Positions 38,202 through 52,627 are shown, numbered from the stretch's first letter. The stretch: DNA of 64,000 nucleotides from Trichosphaerium sp. ATCC 40318 (GCA_038496445.1 JALMLS010000340.1:69190-133189); one strand, 5' to 3'. Program-made: numbers and translations. The notes: generated by a model not told the origin, from the letters alone.

Positions 38202-41200
38202 TCATTCATCATCATGAGATAGCAACTCGGAAGTAGTGCTAACACTAAGTCCTCTTCCTGTAGCTTCAAGTTCTACTTGGTTATCATCCTCAACAGCGAT
38301 ATCATCAACACCTCCATATTCCTTAAAAAACACGTTAGCAGATGTAAACATAAGAAACAAAAATAAAGTACGCACCTTGTTTTTGCTCGATCGCATCTTT
38401 CTAACAATCAAAACAACAAAGATAACCACCAGAGATAATACAAGAACACCAGCTGCACCTCCTAGTACACCATAGATGAGCACAAGCTCATCAGAGGCCC
38501 CAGTATCGATGCTGTTAGTTCCATTTACTGGAATGTCTGTAGCACCTCCGTTTGGTTCCCCTCCAGTTCCCATGGAAGGAACGAAGTCTTCAGGGTCAAC
38601 GTCCTGTTTAACGAGTAAAGCCCTTTCCAAAGACATGTGAGCATCAGAGAAAGAATCTCCATCAACTGGAGCGACTCTTATATCAACAAAAACCCTTGCA
38701 ACCTCTGCGTTAAATGATTCCGGCATACCAAGCCAATCAGCAATTATAAACGAAAATTGAAATCTTGTAGTGTTGCTATCTACCTCTGGTTCTAAGAACT
38801 GCAATTGAGCTGATTCACCATGTTGTGTTAAACCAAGAGAGGCATTCAACAACAATGCTAGATAGAGATAACGTGAGATAAAGACATAGACATAGAAAAC
38901 TAAAAAAAACATGTGTTGTAAAGTGTTTTCTTCAAAGTTGAGAACAGTGATTGAAAGGTGAGACTTTGGAATCAAGTACTTTTTGAATGTTTTACACTTT
39001 TCGAAAATAGGATTTAAAAAAGTACTAACGTGTTATAAGATCTTCTACTGAACCACCATGAACAATGATAGCATGTATATAAAGAGTATGATCATGAAGA
39101 CCCTCCATTTCAGCTATAATATCACAATAAACTACATCCTGCATTTTAAATTGGTCCTTCTCTTCTGGAGTAGTAGTACTATTACTGAAACTTTCACCGA
39201 ACACTTTAAAAGTACCTGCAAATAAAAAAGTTAGCAAAAAAGTTTATCTGTTTCGCAGGTTCTCAATTGCTTGGAACAAGTTGCTATAAGCCTAGTATAC
39301 GTACTCAGTGGTGAAACTGAATGATACATGAGAGGACAAGAATCATCCGAATTAAATATGACATTTAATTCTAAAGGTACAGCACGGTCTTCTAGTTCTA
39401 CAACAGAAAAAATTAGAACAAATTTTATATTGTTATGACGTACGTCCTGCAAAATGAAGGATTGCTTTGCGGTCGTTTATAACACAGCTCTTCATATCAA
39501 TAGCTAATTTAACATGCCATATCTGTTTACAAGTAATATTTTCTGTTGGTAAGCAGTTTTCTAGCAATTTAATGCTGCTGCCTTCATACTGTTCTTCAAT
39601 TATTTCTGAAAAAAAAATCCAGTAAGCTTTTTGATAATATTAATAGATAACGGCATTTCTCCTCTCTCTTGTATTCCTACGTACTTGGTTTATACAAATA
39701 CTTGTACATAGCAACATCTACTATTGTAGATATAAAGACATTCATAAAACCATCAGACTTTGTTGTATTAACAACACGTAAGCGTATGTCATCTGCATCT
39801 GTAAGATTTTTTGTAATATCAAATGATACAGTGACGACATTTTCTATGAATTCAATAGCACTCAATGTCAGATTATGTGCCACCGTAGTATTGTCATCTT
39901 CTGTCATGGTATTTACTTGAATTGTACCTTCGTATAATCGCCTATGCTTCTACAAAGGATGAGTTAATAATACCAAACTCTGAACCAAAAAAAAAAGAAA
40001 ATTACAGCATGTGTACATTTTCGTTCACAATGGTGAAGTCACAGTTATCTATTGTGGTTGACCAATCAGCTGTAAAGAGAAACTGATCAACACATCCAAC
40101 ACGATTATACTGCCACCTTGGACCAGGAAATTCGCAAAAAGTAGTAGGAATACCTGTCCCAGAAAAAAAGTTAACAACAATGAAAGAACTTTTTTTTTGT
40201 TCGCACTTGGTAGTTTTCCTCCTTCAACTCTGGTATTTCTGCTCTCGTGAGTGAATTTGATAGAGGCTGGAGAGATTCTCTCTTGAATAACAGGTATTGT
40301 AAACCCTGTGGACAACAGACCAGTTGTACGATTGAATCTGCTTTGTGCTAGCTCTGGCTTGTTATTTTCAGCTTCTGATAAAGGTATTGTTGGAGCTGCA
40401 CATTCAGCGATGCACTCATTTTCCAAGTAAGTGTCTACTTCGTCCCAAGCAACAATTTGACAACCTGAGTCTGTACATAAGTATGCTTTATCAGTAGCTG
40501 TATCAGTAATTGAAGGGTGATCTGTGAGGTATACTCTAATGAATACTTGTCCAGTTAAGGTAAAACCAGCACCTTAAATAAAACGTAAGAGGAAAAAAGT
40601 GGAGCAACAAAAATAAAACAAGCTTTAATCTACGCACACTCCTCGATGGCTGATTCAAGTGACACCAAAGCACACCCATCACCATTTGTAGCAACAGGTG
40701 ATTTTGCAATACAAGAAGTCCTACAGCCTTTTATGAACTCCAAATTTAGCTTAGTATTCGCCAAATGTTGATACTTGGAATTTGCTGAAGATATGCAATA
40801 CCTAAAAAACAGAAATGAGTTTCTTTGAAATTAATCATGTGGTGAGCTTACTGTATAATGCCACCTGTAGAAGGTCCAATGGTTACAACTGCCATTTTTT
40901 TCGCAGTTATTTCAGCAGAAAAGCCACCAATTGAACTATCATGCTCAGCTTTAGGCACCTGATTAAGCTGGTTCACAGCCCGCGGATTGTTTATATCCCA
41001 ATCAATTGCTAATGCATCAAAGCGCAAATGCGCTGATCTTATAGAGCATACAGATTCGTCTGTACCACAATGTTCTCCAGGATGGAATTCACCAAACTGA
41101 CAATCTCCAATCCACCTAAAAAAGTAACAGGTCAACGAGAGAAATAAACAACTAAGCAAGTAACACCAAACGTACGTTCTATCACATCTACCATCAACAA

Positions 41201-44200
41201 CTTCATCTTCATCAATGAACTGGTTACAACAAGCACCTAAAAGAACTTTTAGGACTCTATGATGTAATAAATAGTTACCCAAGCAATCAACGCTGGCACA
41301 GGTTTTTCCACGAGTAAACACGCTTCTTAATTGTGTGTTTTCACCAATCTCATCGCACGCTGTCTTTGATTGCACATCGGTGCAACTTGGAGCCACCAAA
41401 TCGGATACTTCTTTAACACAACAAGCACCTTCACCGTTGCATTTGATATCAAGGCAACTCTCTCCAGCGTGGAAGTAGGAATGAACAGCACCGCCATTGG
41501 CAGTAGCACAGGCTGATTTTGTCAAAGCGCTGTGACACTCTCTTGCGCCATCTTCGTCTTCTGATTCCATACAACAAGCGCCAGTTGCTATACCGTCCAG
41601 TTAATACCAAGTAAATAATGCCATAAATTGTTTTAACATACGCTCTGCACTCACAGATGGAGCTACTGGCTCAGCATCTGCGACAATAGTATGTAACTCT
41701 CCCGTTAATGGAACTTGACGACCAATATCATTAAATATTACAGCTTTTATGTCCATCGATCCAAGACTTGGTAACCATACCCAAGAATGATCTACAGTTA
41801 CTTCCCAATTCTCAGGGATATCTAACATTATCATTAAATCGTCTAACACTTAGGGGTAAGCTCGTACCTCTAACACGAACTCTAAGAAGTGCTGGTGCTT
41901 GTCTTGGGTTCTTTAGGCTGAATGTAATGTAGATTGGTTCATGAGAAGATAATCCTGTGTTATCAAAAGTAACTAAAGAGAATAAATAAAAATAGGATAA
42001 ATCTTTCTTATGGACTTACAAATATTCTCGTGAGCCCAGTTATCCTCTGCGTCAGTTTCTCCTTGTCTGGATTCAATGACTACCTTAAGGCTTGTCTGAT
42101 GTTCTCCATGCGGTTTCAAAAGTGGTGCGGTCTCTGCAGGTTCAGACACACGTCTGCTTGTTCCCCGTGGCATATCTGTATAATGGGAAGAATGTGCTAC
42201 CCTGAAAAAAAATAAATACGAAAAAAAAAAGTAAACAGGTATCATACCAATCGCTGTTATCTCCTACACCTGGTGGTGTATCTAATTACAGGATTAGTTA
42301 ATATTAAATATATGCTAGTGTATATATTCAAACGTGCTTGTGTAATACGTCACTAGTACATTCTCAGCATCGACGTTTCCATCATTCTCAAAAAATGAAT
42401 GAATACGGTTTCTATGATCAACCCATGGTTTATCTCCGTTGCCTGTAGGGTTACCTGTACCATCCTCAAGAGGTTGTGAGTATGTTTCAAACCCATTCTT
42501 TGCGCTATCAACCCAAACATCATTGCTTTGGTACTTAGAATCCTAAATCGATAGTAAGCAACCCAAAAAGTTTGGTACTTTTTTTCGTACCCAATCACGC
42601 ATTCTCAAGTTGAATATGCTATCCTGACCTGATACTGAACTATCCCATATAACACGAACAGTGAATAAAGCAGGGTGAGTATTGTCCCCTGTCTTAGGTG
42701 ATTCTTGGCGAACTACTTCAATGCGCAAGTTGTTTTTACGATCCTCAACAAAGTCACCTAAACAATACGATTTAACAAAGGTGTTATCTAGAGATATAAA
42801 TATACAAACCTTCTTGTAATAGTTTATGAACATCATCATCACTTCCTTCAGGTTTTAAAGCTGAGATAACACGGAAGTTTTGGTTCAAATCATCAGTATG
42901 TTGTGTGAATACTTTTGTCACAATAATACCACTACGATGCTCTGTAGGAGTAGCAGGATCGCCATCTATGTGGACATCAAAAAGTTGGTATCCTTTAGAA
43001 GAAAAATCCCAAGCGCTTTGAGCGTCACTAAGCATAGTCAAGTCAGTTTTTGAACTAACAGTCTACAATCACATGTCAATATTATGTTTTCCTCAGAAAA
43101 AAATTCAGTAACTTACCAAAGCGTATGGTACATCAGTAGATCCTTGTCTACATTCTATGTAATAAACCTCGCTTGGATTTGCTTGAATCTTGATAAGATG
43201 AACATTATCTATTGAAAACATAAGAGCTGGTGTAATAATAAACAAACATACCATCACTTGCGTCTTGGGTAAGTCCATGTGCTCTAACTTTGTATTCTGG
43301 TCGTGTTGAATTGTAGCTTGTATTGTATTCAAGTGTTACAACATTTGAATCCGAATACCAACCCAAATACTCATGCATATTAACACCCTTACAGAAACGA
43401 TAAGCAAATAACTAACTCACTTTAACAAAGTACCGAAAATAATGGAGCTTTGTTGGCTTCTCCCATCATGTCTACTTCAGAAGCAGAACCTGATAACTTG
43501 GCTATGATTTTCTTAGTAAAGGCTTTGTATTAATACTACTTCGAACATACCAACGCTATATTGCTCTCCCGATAAAGCAGGATGACTTAGTACATGCGCA
43601 CGTCTACCCCAATGTGCAGTCCAATCAACATACCATAAGTTTGTGCTATGAAGAGCAATTGTATTGCGGGAGCTACGATCTTCTGTTACAAAGTCTTTAA
43701 CGCCAAAACTGTGTCCTCTAGTATCACTAGTTGCTATATTAAGCATGACACCATCGTAATCGGTAAAGGTATGGTTCTCTACAACAAAGCATTAATGACT
43801 TTATTTCCTTTTGGATCCATACAACATACAAAGAAAGGAAAAAAAAAAAAGTACCTGATGCTGCTTTTAAAGCGTCATAGAGCAAATCATAGCCTCTTTT
43901 TGTTGTCCCTTTATTAACTGTAACTACCCCGACCACCTGTGTTGCTACTTCACGTTCAGATTGAGTACTATTCGGGTTCAAAAGAATGCTCTTGAAGGGT
44001 GTTAATGAAACTTGATGTAAGTCAAGATAAACATGCCTGAGCATCGCTCATATCGGATTGTCGCCAGAAATAGTAATCATCATCTTCTGGCAAAGCATAG
44101 AAGTCTGTAAAGGTGAAAGTAGGATTATACTGATCATAAGACATTTGTTTAAGCAAGTCACGCGTCAAATCATTAAAAACTTTTGCTTGCAACTCTTTAG

Positions 44201-44948
44201 CCTCAGTTTCACCTCCAGCTAAAACAAAGGACAAATCAATACGCTGAGTGTTATTGATGGTAAAAAGACGCACCACCTGATTCTCCCCACCATGCGCTTG
44301 CAGGGCCTCTATCAGTACTGTAGCAGTTCAATACAAGGATCTATACAAGTGTTAAAGGCGTAGTAAGGGCTAAGTACGTTGGTGTGAATTGTCTTCTTTT
44401 CGGAGGAGATTGCCCTTTTGGAGATGTATGTACCAGGCGGTCCGACATGACCTGTATTTGTAATCAGTGGCGTCAACTAACGAGAAGAGTTTTTTGAGAG
44501 TTGTACCTACTACGCCAATGTCGGGAACGTCATCTAACGACCCGTTGGCATATCTAAGGATTGGTTCCTCAGTGTAGAACACCTTGTTGTCATATTTAAA
44601 CTCAAGCGGAGAAAGTTGTATTTTTTTAAATGGCGGTATACGAATCAAAAACGACTCGTCGTTGTTAATTTTCGCTACCAAAACCTCTTCATCACTATTG
44701 TTTGCATTAGTACTTGTTCTGTGCCGAAAATAAATAATTGCGTTTTACCCAATCCACACGCGTGTGTTAGAGTACAATGGTGGCTCAAGTAGTACGTCTG
44801 AGTAGTTAACCGCGACGTTATAATCGTAGCTCACCTGAACCAGGCTGCCAGGGTAAACTACTGCTGGCTGTAACACAAGATCAAAGCATGTAGTTACAGC
44901 CAGTAAGGAAGCAAATAAGAAAATAACGCATTGGGTACTTGAGGTCAT
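38202..44948 (-). CDS. Large type-I membrane protein: signal peptide, M6 (immune inhibitor A)-like metalloprotease module, GACC Cys-rich repeats, C-terminal TM
   Basis: KQMSYDQYNPTFTFTDFYALP, WGRRAHVLSH, Met-turn-like VDMMG..PLFSG..LGWY, YYIECRQ, DVWVDS..NGDKPWV, three GACC repeats, TM LIYGVLGGAAGVLVLSLVVIFVVLIV followed by RKMR. Confidence 0.75.
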
Positions 44949-45947
44949 TGCGAGAGTGAATACGCTTATTAGCGTTCACGTGAGTAGCGCGTTGTAATCG
45001 ATTTGAGATAAAACAGCAAATTTCACCGTATTTCTTCAACACTAAATTCGCGAATACAAACAAGTTTCTGAATATGTCGTAGTTCATCTGAACGCCCATA
45101 AGAGCCACATTTATAGAACAGGCGTTCTTAAGGCGATGGTAAGCTTTGAAGCAAAAACACGTGAGTTTAAACTGCTTGTCAATGGGAAAGCTTTCGTACA
45201 TAGAGCAACTGGGGAGCGTGTAAGAAGTTTGGAAACCGTTGAAACGTTTTAAGTGGTCGTGCTTAAAATTATGATTTCAGTTTTTTATTTGGTTCACAAA
45301 CATCCATACAAGCGGTTGTGGTAGTTGTTCTGTCATATAACAATAAATAGCGCAGTACATTAAAATATGGAACCAAAGCAAGTTGAAGTTGATCCTACAG
45401 CGCAAGATTTCACACTGCTGCTCCCCTATGAGGTTCACAGGATGCTGACTCGAACAAAAATTTTCCTGAATGTACAATAGGTTTGCAGCATTATCTACGA
45501 GTACCTACCGCTAGAGCAACTAGGTACGCACCACTCACTTTACTGGTTAAAAGCGTTAACAAAGTATAAGGCGTTTTACCTCGCGTATCGCAGTTGTGGA
45601 ATAAAGTGTTGAACCGGGAAGGGTTATGGGTAAACAAAAGATCAAAGTGACATTTGCGACTCATTTTCCTCATAGATGAACCTATGCGTTCACTTGGGCA
45701 TGGTAAAAAGGCTACCTCAGAAAAGCAGCAAATGGCGAGAATTATTCATTGGACGCTTTAAAATGTACCAGAAAATGTTTGAAATGAAGCTATCGAATAA
45801 GCGTACGCGTCGTGGAACATTAGAGATTTATTTTTGTCGTCTTTAAAGAGAGCCTCATCGATTTCAAGAAAATGCATTTTCGTCTTTTTTGTTTTTGACA
45901 AGATTGGCCTTGTAGTGTATTCTATAACTCTTTTAATAGATTTAAAT

Positions 45948-48133
45948 ATGGCACGTATTGAGCTTGTTGAGGATGGGAGGATACTAAAGTACATTGCAGA
46001 AGAAGGGCCTGCTGTACGCCGAGTTTTTTTTGTTTTTTTTTTTTTTTCATTTCATGTCATCTTACTCGCTTTCTGAAAGGGCTGTCAATGTACTCTTCCC
46101 CTACAAGTGTTACCAATAGGCGAAGTATGCTTTGTAGCATACTATGAGATGTTTCTTTTAGATCCAGGAGATAAAGGGTATCAACCATTTAATAAGCTAT
46201 TTTCAAAACAAGGAATTTGATCTGCTGACATGACGTAGAGCTGTTGGTATTGGTATTGGTAAAGATACGTTTGCAAAAGCAAATGTATTTCCTGGATGGC
46301 TTCAAGGAAGCTTCGGTTATCATGGGTACGTAGTAACATAAAAACAGAAAGAAAGGCATTTTCTGAAGATCATTTTTATTTTTTCACCGTGCGAATTTTT
46401 GCACAGCGCTTCTTTATCAATGCGATTACTTACATACGCTATAGTGATGATGGTAAATTCTTTCAAGGTACTATAAAAATTAAAACACCCACGTGATGTG
46501 GAACAGTGTATTTAAAAACAACAAAATTTTTCTGTTGTGTAAACTAAATTAATAGAGCATGGATGGGGAGGTACCTTTGGACCTACGTGGGAAGTACATG
46601 ATACAATTGGATGCGGATATGATTTCAAAAGGAATGCGCTATTTTTTACAAGGAATGGAAAGTTCCTAGGTGTTGCTGAAACGGTACTTACTCAGCCAAA
46701 AACAAGAGTAACCTAAATTTTTTGTTTTAGGATATAGCAAGTATTGCAACATACTTTGCTGTTTTTGGTGTTGAATCAAAGGGAGCTTCTTTTGAAGTGA
46801 ACTTTGGTAAGAAACCTTTTGCGTTTGATATCATTGCTTATATTGATGAGCAACTCCAAGAAGGTAAGCATAAATACTGTTCATCTTTTTTCTTTTGAGC
46901 TGTTCCTTATTTCCGTTTTTAACCCTAAACGTTTAGAGCCTCTCAGTTCAAGTTTGAATATACCTGTTCCAAGAGGAAATATGGGTATGGATAACGTAGA
47001 TTGGGAACAAATAAAACGTGAACAAAACCCTTACACTTGGATCGTTAAACAACTAAGTACATACTTCTCTTTTTTTTTATTGCAGTTTGATTTTCTAAAT
47101 GAGAGTTTTCTTTATCTAGAGAAGAGAGGCAAAGATGAGTGCAGGAAAGACGAGGACTTTATGGGTCATGTCAAACAATCTATAGCGCAATGGAATTTCT
47201 CAGACATAGACGTTAACACTGCAACGCCAGATGTAAGTGATACATTTTTCTTTATAATTATGTTCTCTTGTTAATCAACCAGTTGTCTAAATGTTTTTAT
47301 TTAGAGACTATTTGAACTTTCAGAGGGATTATACCAACTATGTGAAGACCGTATTTTCGAAGAGAGACTTTGGAGCCATCTTCCAGCAACTGAACAAATA
47401 CCATCAGTTCGTAATGCTGATTATGCTAATATTGTCGAGATTCTTGGTGTCTTACAAAACCAAGATATCGGTTTTGATGATCAACAAGTACAAGCAGCAC
47501 TCGCCCTTTGTGCTGAACGCGCTGGGGTAGAGGATAGTAAGTGTTTTTAACAGACTTATGGTTAAAAAAAACTGTTTTTTTGCGGGATCCAAACAGAACC
47601 TTCTTTCTAGTTTATTATTTTTTGAATCTAATATATATAACGCTCACGTGATTATAGATGATGCAGATTCTGTAAAACGTAGAAAAGTGACAGAATTTCT
47701 TACAAAGGAAAAGACTCAATACGAAAGACAAACGTACTACTTTTTTTTCTTTTCTTCGTAAACTGTAACTCTACTGACTGGTTTTTTAGTATTATCCTTT
47801 ATAAGACTATCCTTGAAGACAAAGAAATACCAGACAATCATCAATTCATTACTCATATCATCCTGAGCTTAGTACGCGCAACTCTAGCGATTTTATTTAT
47901 TAACCTCCACCCATTAGATACCGTTGGTGCACCAAGGACCAGAGCCAGTGCCTGAAAGATATTTACAAGAAGAAATGCGTGGTACTATGCGTTCTTTACT
48001 CCTCAAGTACGTCATTTTTCTAAACAATAAGCAGCCAACGGGGTGGCCTTCCTGCCTTTTGTCAAACTTTTTTTGAACTAACTTTTTTTTTTTTTTCAAA
48101 GGATCATGCACGATAACACACAAAAAGCTGTAA
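45948..48133 (+). CDS. SPRY (B30.2; RanBPM/Ssh4-like) domain protein; 3' end approximate
   Basis: YYEMFLLD..VGIGI..FPGWLQGSFGYHGDDGKFF..FGPTWEVHDTIGCGYD..LFFTRNGKFLGVA. Confidence 0.85.
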
Positions 48134-48618
48134 AAGATAATACTTCACAAAATTCGATAAGGGGTAGTTTTATGTATATGGCAAGATTTATATTTTCGCC
48201 AGTATTCTTCTTAACAGCAGGGTACCATTCTCTTTTTTTTCTTATGGATTTTTGATTAATTTAACTCGTTTAATAGACTTCGATCTGTTGCTGGATTATT
48301 CTTTACTGGTGCTCGTGGTATTTGGAGATTTATATACAAACTCTTTGGATATAAAAAATAACCTATCATTACCGACAGAAATTCAAAAAAAGCAGTGAAG
48401 GAATTCAACCTAAAAAACCTGACATTTAGAACAACATAAAAAAATTTATTTCCTTTCATATTGTTTTTTGTAATAAATTAAACGTCATATGTATCTTCTA
48501 TGCCCAACAAGGAATACATTGATTGTGAAGAATGTAAGAATACAAATGCATGTGAGGTATGTTGTCAGCTCAGTAAACGAGAAAAGTTGTTAGGACTACA
48601 ATGTTTGGATCTACCACC

Positions 48619-49902
48619 TCAAAGAATGATGCAGTCATCGCCCCCACCGCAAGATCCACAAGACCCACATGATCCGCATGATCCGCATGATCCACAAGAC
48701 CCACAGGAACCACAGGAACCACAGGAACCACAACAACCTCCTGAGCCGCCTTCACAATCAGTTAGAACAAAACGAGAGTTTAACAACGCACAACTACAAC
48801 ATCCACCAGAGCTGTTACCATCACTACTGTTACCTCCACATCCACAACATCCACCACCAGAGCTATTACCTCCTGTATTACCGCCACCAGCACCTCCAAG
48901 GTTAAGGCTAGGACCGCTACCAACACTCACACTATAAGACCCTTTTAAAAGTGTAAGAAAATAAAACACAACAAAATGAGTAAGCAAATAACAAATCACG
49001 TGCCACTTGCAGAATCGTCATCGCCGCCAGCCTTGACTTTAGCTTTACCAGGTTTTCCAACACCATTACCGCTAGGATGCCCATTACCATTCATTCCATT
49101 CATCTCAATATGAACATCTCCACCTACATCCCCAACATCAACACCACTCACACTTCCAGCAGAGGCACTTAAATCTCCACCAACTTTACCATCAATATCA
49201 ACGTCTCCACCAACAGATACACCACTCGATTTTGACATAGATATCGAACCACGTGATCCTTTCATATCACCATTACTGTCTTTACCACTCTTTTTTAACG
49301 ATATGGATCCTTTAGATCCTTTTGAAGTAGCACTGCCGCCTGAATGACGTTTTCTATCTCCCTCATAGCCGCTATCGTAATCCGCACTATTGCTACTACG
49401 TCTACGCTTCTTAGTACGCTTCCTTGAGCTTCCTAGGTCACTACCACCAGACCATGAGTCGCTTGCGTCAGAGGACTCATCCGAACTAGAGGATTCACTG
49501 CTTGACTGCACATTAAAAGCGTTAGAAGCCGCTGTATTAATACCAAAAGCGATGAAACGTTTTTTTTTTTGATAAAAAAAGCCCAAAAAAGGCAGTATCC
49601 CAACGTACTTTTTGTAAGTATGCGAATACGTTTGCTTCGTTTGGTAAGGATTTTACTTGTTTGTCTCTTTTGATTTTCTTCCTTTTCGCCTCGTTGTACG
49701 TGGAACCACGTCCTATCGTTTTTAAAGTACCAGCGTCTTTAGTACGTTAGACAATTATAAAATAAACTTATATACCTTCAGGGTCGAGTACTTGAGTCTG
49801 TATAATCTCTCGAAGCGCTTTTATTGTATTTACTTCAAGTTCGACAGTTTGTTGTTGCGCATTATCCCTTGTACCGTAAAATACGTTGATTACCTTACTC
49901 AT
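48619..49902 (-). CDS. Ser/Gly-rich protein with (CGS)9 Cys-rich tail and CaaX (CIIL) terminus
   Basis: Exons joined by GT/GC-AG introns; ends GGCC(GSC)[10 protein letters not shown]; third codon positions vary within the repeat in this frame. Confidence 0.75.
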
Positions 49903-50400
49903 TGCTTGACGTTTATGTTTTGTCCAACACTGCCCATTATCCAATAACTTGAACAAAATTTTTTCAGCAAACAAGAAATGAAAACTGCGAAATTTCGGTT
50001 GTGACATTTAATGGAGCCACCATAGACCAATAACCCCGAAGGTCTTTATACGCTATATTATAGTAAGTGAGATGGTTTTACAAGGTTTTTAAACCCGACA
50101 GGGCAGTGGGTTCTCAGCTTCTTGTGAATTATTTTTGCGAATGCGGTTTTAGTGAGCTCTTGAAAGTTTGGGAATGAGTTTCTGCTGTACCTAGCCGTCT
50201 TCAAGTCTGTAAAATTTGTCCGAAGCATATATGATACATGTGTAAAACAGGTAATACGATGTAAGCGGTTAATTTATATTGCAAAGCGACAAAAATCGTA
50301 TTTTGTTTTCAGTTTTATGAAAGAAATTTACTCATTTTTCAATGAGTGCCTTGCTGTACCGCCTTCTCTTCTAAATCTAAAAGACTCTGTTTGAAGTTAT

Positions 50401-51802
50401 TTAATGTATCAAATAGAAAAGTATAATAACAAACATAGCCACACTCAAGGTACTCTTTGCCGAACTGTTCTCAGAAGTAGGTGATAGACTGGTGGCTACA
50501 GTTGGGCCACTTGTAGGTTGTGCTGTAGAATCTTGTGATTGAGTCGGTACTTCTTGTTGTTTTGTTGGTGTAGCATCGGTTACAGGTGTAGATTCAGTAG
50601 GTGGGTTAGGTAGAGAGTCATAATGAATATTCATAAAATCAATAATTGCTTCAGCAACATTATCGCCATAGGAAGGCAAAGTCGAAGCTTGTCTTGTACT
50701 TGGTGGTGACTCTATTTGTATTGCATCAATTGTTCCTTCATTCCTACTACCATGCATAGCTACTATAAATCCGCCACTAAAGTATAAAGAACTACCAGGG
50801 CTCGTTGCATTAGGAGAAGGAACAGTGTAGTATCCTGCTCTTTCTAAAAAAGCACCAAAACTGTTTTGACCACGAAGGAGTTCTGAATGAGTTATTTGGC
50901 CTTTAAGTCTTTTAGCCAAGTATGTTATAGCACCTAAAGTACTAAAACCATTCAAAGTTGTATCTAAAAGAGAGTTAAAAGGAAAAACAGAAACAACAAA
51001 GAAAGTTAAGAATTTGTTTACCGTTTTTGTTTAAGTTGTCTGTAGATATGGCGTATCCTAGTTCTACCCATCCTTGTAAATGAGTAGAACCCACAGCATG
51101 GATATCTAGGAGAAGACCTGTGCCATGCGTAGCATTCACCCTTTCACGTGCACATCTCAAGAAGGAATGATATTTGTCCCTTTTTGAATACAAAAAATCA
51201 GTTGCTGAGTTTTATTAAGTTTATATTTACCATGTGTCTAGTGCTACAGTGTCTGTAGCTTGATCATCATCTGTTCTATCACGGTTCATATCAACCTGGA
51301 AAAGTTAAAATGAGCTCTTTAGACTTTTCTGTTTTCCTGAAATGTGGAGCTACCTTTCGTCTTCCAATGTAAGCAATTACTTGATGGGCAATACCACCAG
51401 TCAAGTTCGCTATTTTCGATGCTATTCGCTCTGCTAGCGGTATTGTATTGCCATCAACAAATAAGCTACCTCAAATAGCGTTAGAAAAATACTGTAAACG
51501 TTTGCGATCGAAGAGATGATTGTTTTGGGAAAGCGTACCACTTGTTCTATCTTCTATTGCTGTTGGGTAATCTGTGCCGCCGTGTGGAGCCGAAATAATG
51601 ATCGGTAGATTTCCAACAATATATTTTACATAATTCTCACTGCTATCGTAGTGTGCTTCGCCTGGTGCGAATGAATTCACAGGGCATGGTTCGAAAGCAA
51701 CGCTAGTTACAACAAAAGCGAAAAGCACTACAAAATGTCATATTACGGCGAGAAGCTTTACACAGTACCCGCGATACAGGCGCTTGCAATTAGGACTCCC
51801 AT
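50401..51802 (-). CDS. Secreted or membrane-anchored N-formylglutamate amidohydrolase-like Zn hydrolase
   Basis: GNLPIIISAPHGG, VDMNR, LLLDIHA, ELGY, YFSGGFIVAMHGS..IDAIQIE; Ser/Thr-rich stalk and hydrophobic C-terminus. Confidence 0.85.
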
Positions 51803-52627
51803 GCGCTTTTTATGCCCACAACAGAAGTAGTTTGAATTAGATTGTCTTTGTTTACCTCTCTAAAACTCACCTATAGTGAAGGCGTTTACGGTTAACGTGG
51901 TTCATAGCAGTTTGGATCTTTCAATAGAAAATACCTCAGATTGCAGTCATAGCGCTTTGAAATAACATTACTACGCGCAGAGACTTGTATACGTAGCTTA
52001 AATCGACTGTTATAATTTTTCTTGCTGAAATTCAAATGGCTATGTTTTTGGATTTGTGATTCGGCAATTGCCGTGTCTGTCAGATGATTTGCGACTGTAT
52101 GAGTGATACTATAATTTTAACGGCTACAATTTACTAGAAATCTCGATACGGCCGTATTCGCAGCCATTTCAACAGGTTTTACTGCGACTGTGAACGAAAC
52201 GACACCTGCTAACCTAAAAATGGAAGAAAAAACCAGTTCGTTTCACAAATTCGTATCGTCGTTCTACTTTTCTTTGCAACTCATTTCACCGAATATCCAC
52301 CATAGCTTCTTTTCGTGTTGTAGAACGAAGGCACCAAATGTTTGCTAGCACCGGTGTAACGCGGTGGAGCAACTAAAATTACATTCGATATAAAATCGGA
52401 CGTAGTACTCGTTTAGAAGCACATGTTGCGATCCAAAAAATCGTCAAAACGGTTCTCACACCCTAAAGTAACAACCACAAGGGTTTACAAGCGTTTGTAA
52501 ATGTGCATTATCCATAATTGAGTAATTAAAATGGATATTTCTGTGAAGTGTATCCCACAATTTATTTCGATTGCTTTTTTAAGGGTTTATAAACAAATTT
52601 GGCAACATTTATAGACACAATAAAAAA

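Noticed and set aside
48500-48937. Pro/Gln-rich 145-aa plus-strand ORF (and the His/Asn-rich ORF 48669-48905)
   Set aside because: Antisense shadows of the Gly/Ser/Cys repeat gene; splice signals and the CaaX end support the minus strand.
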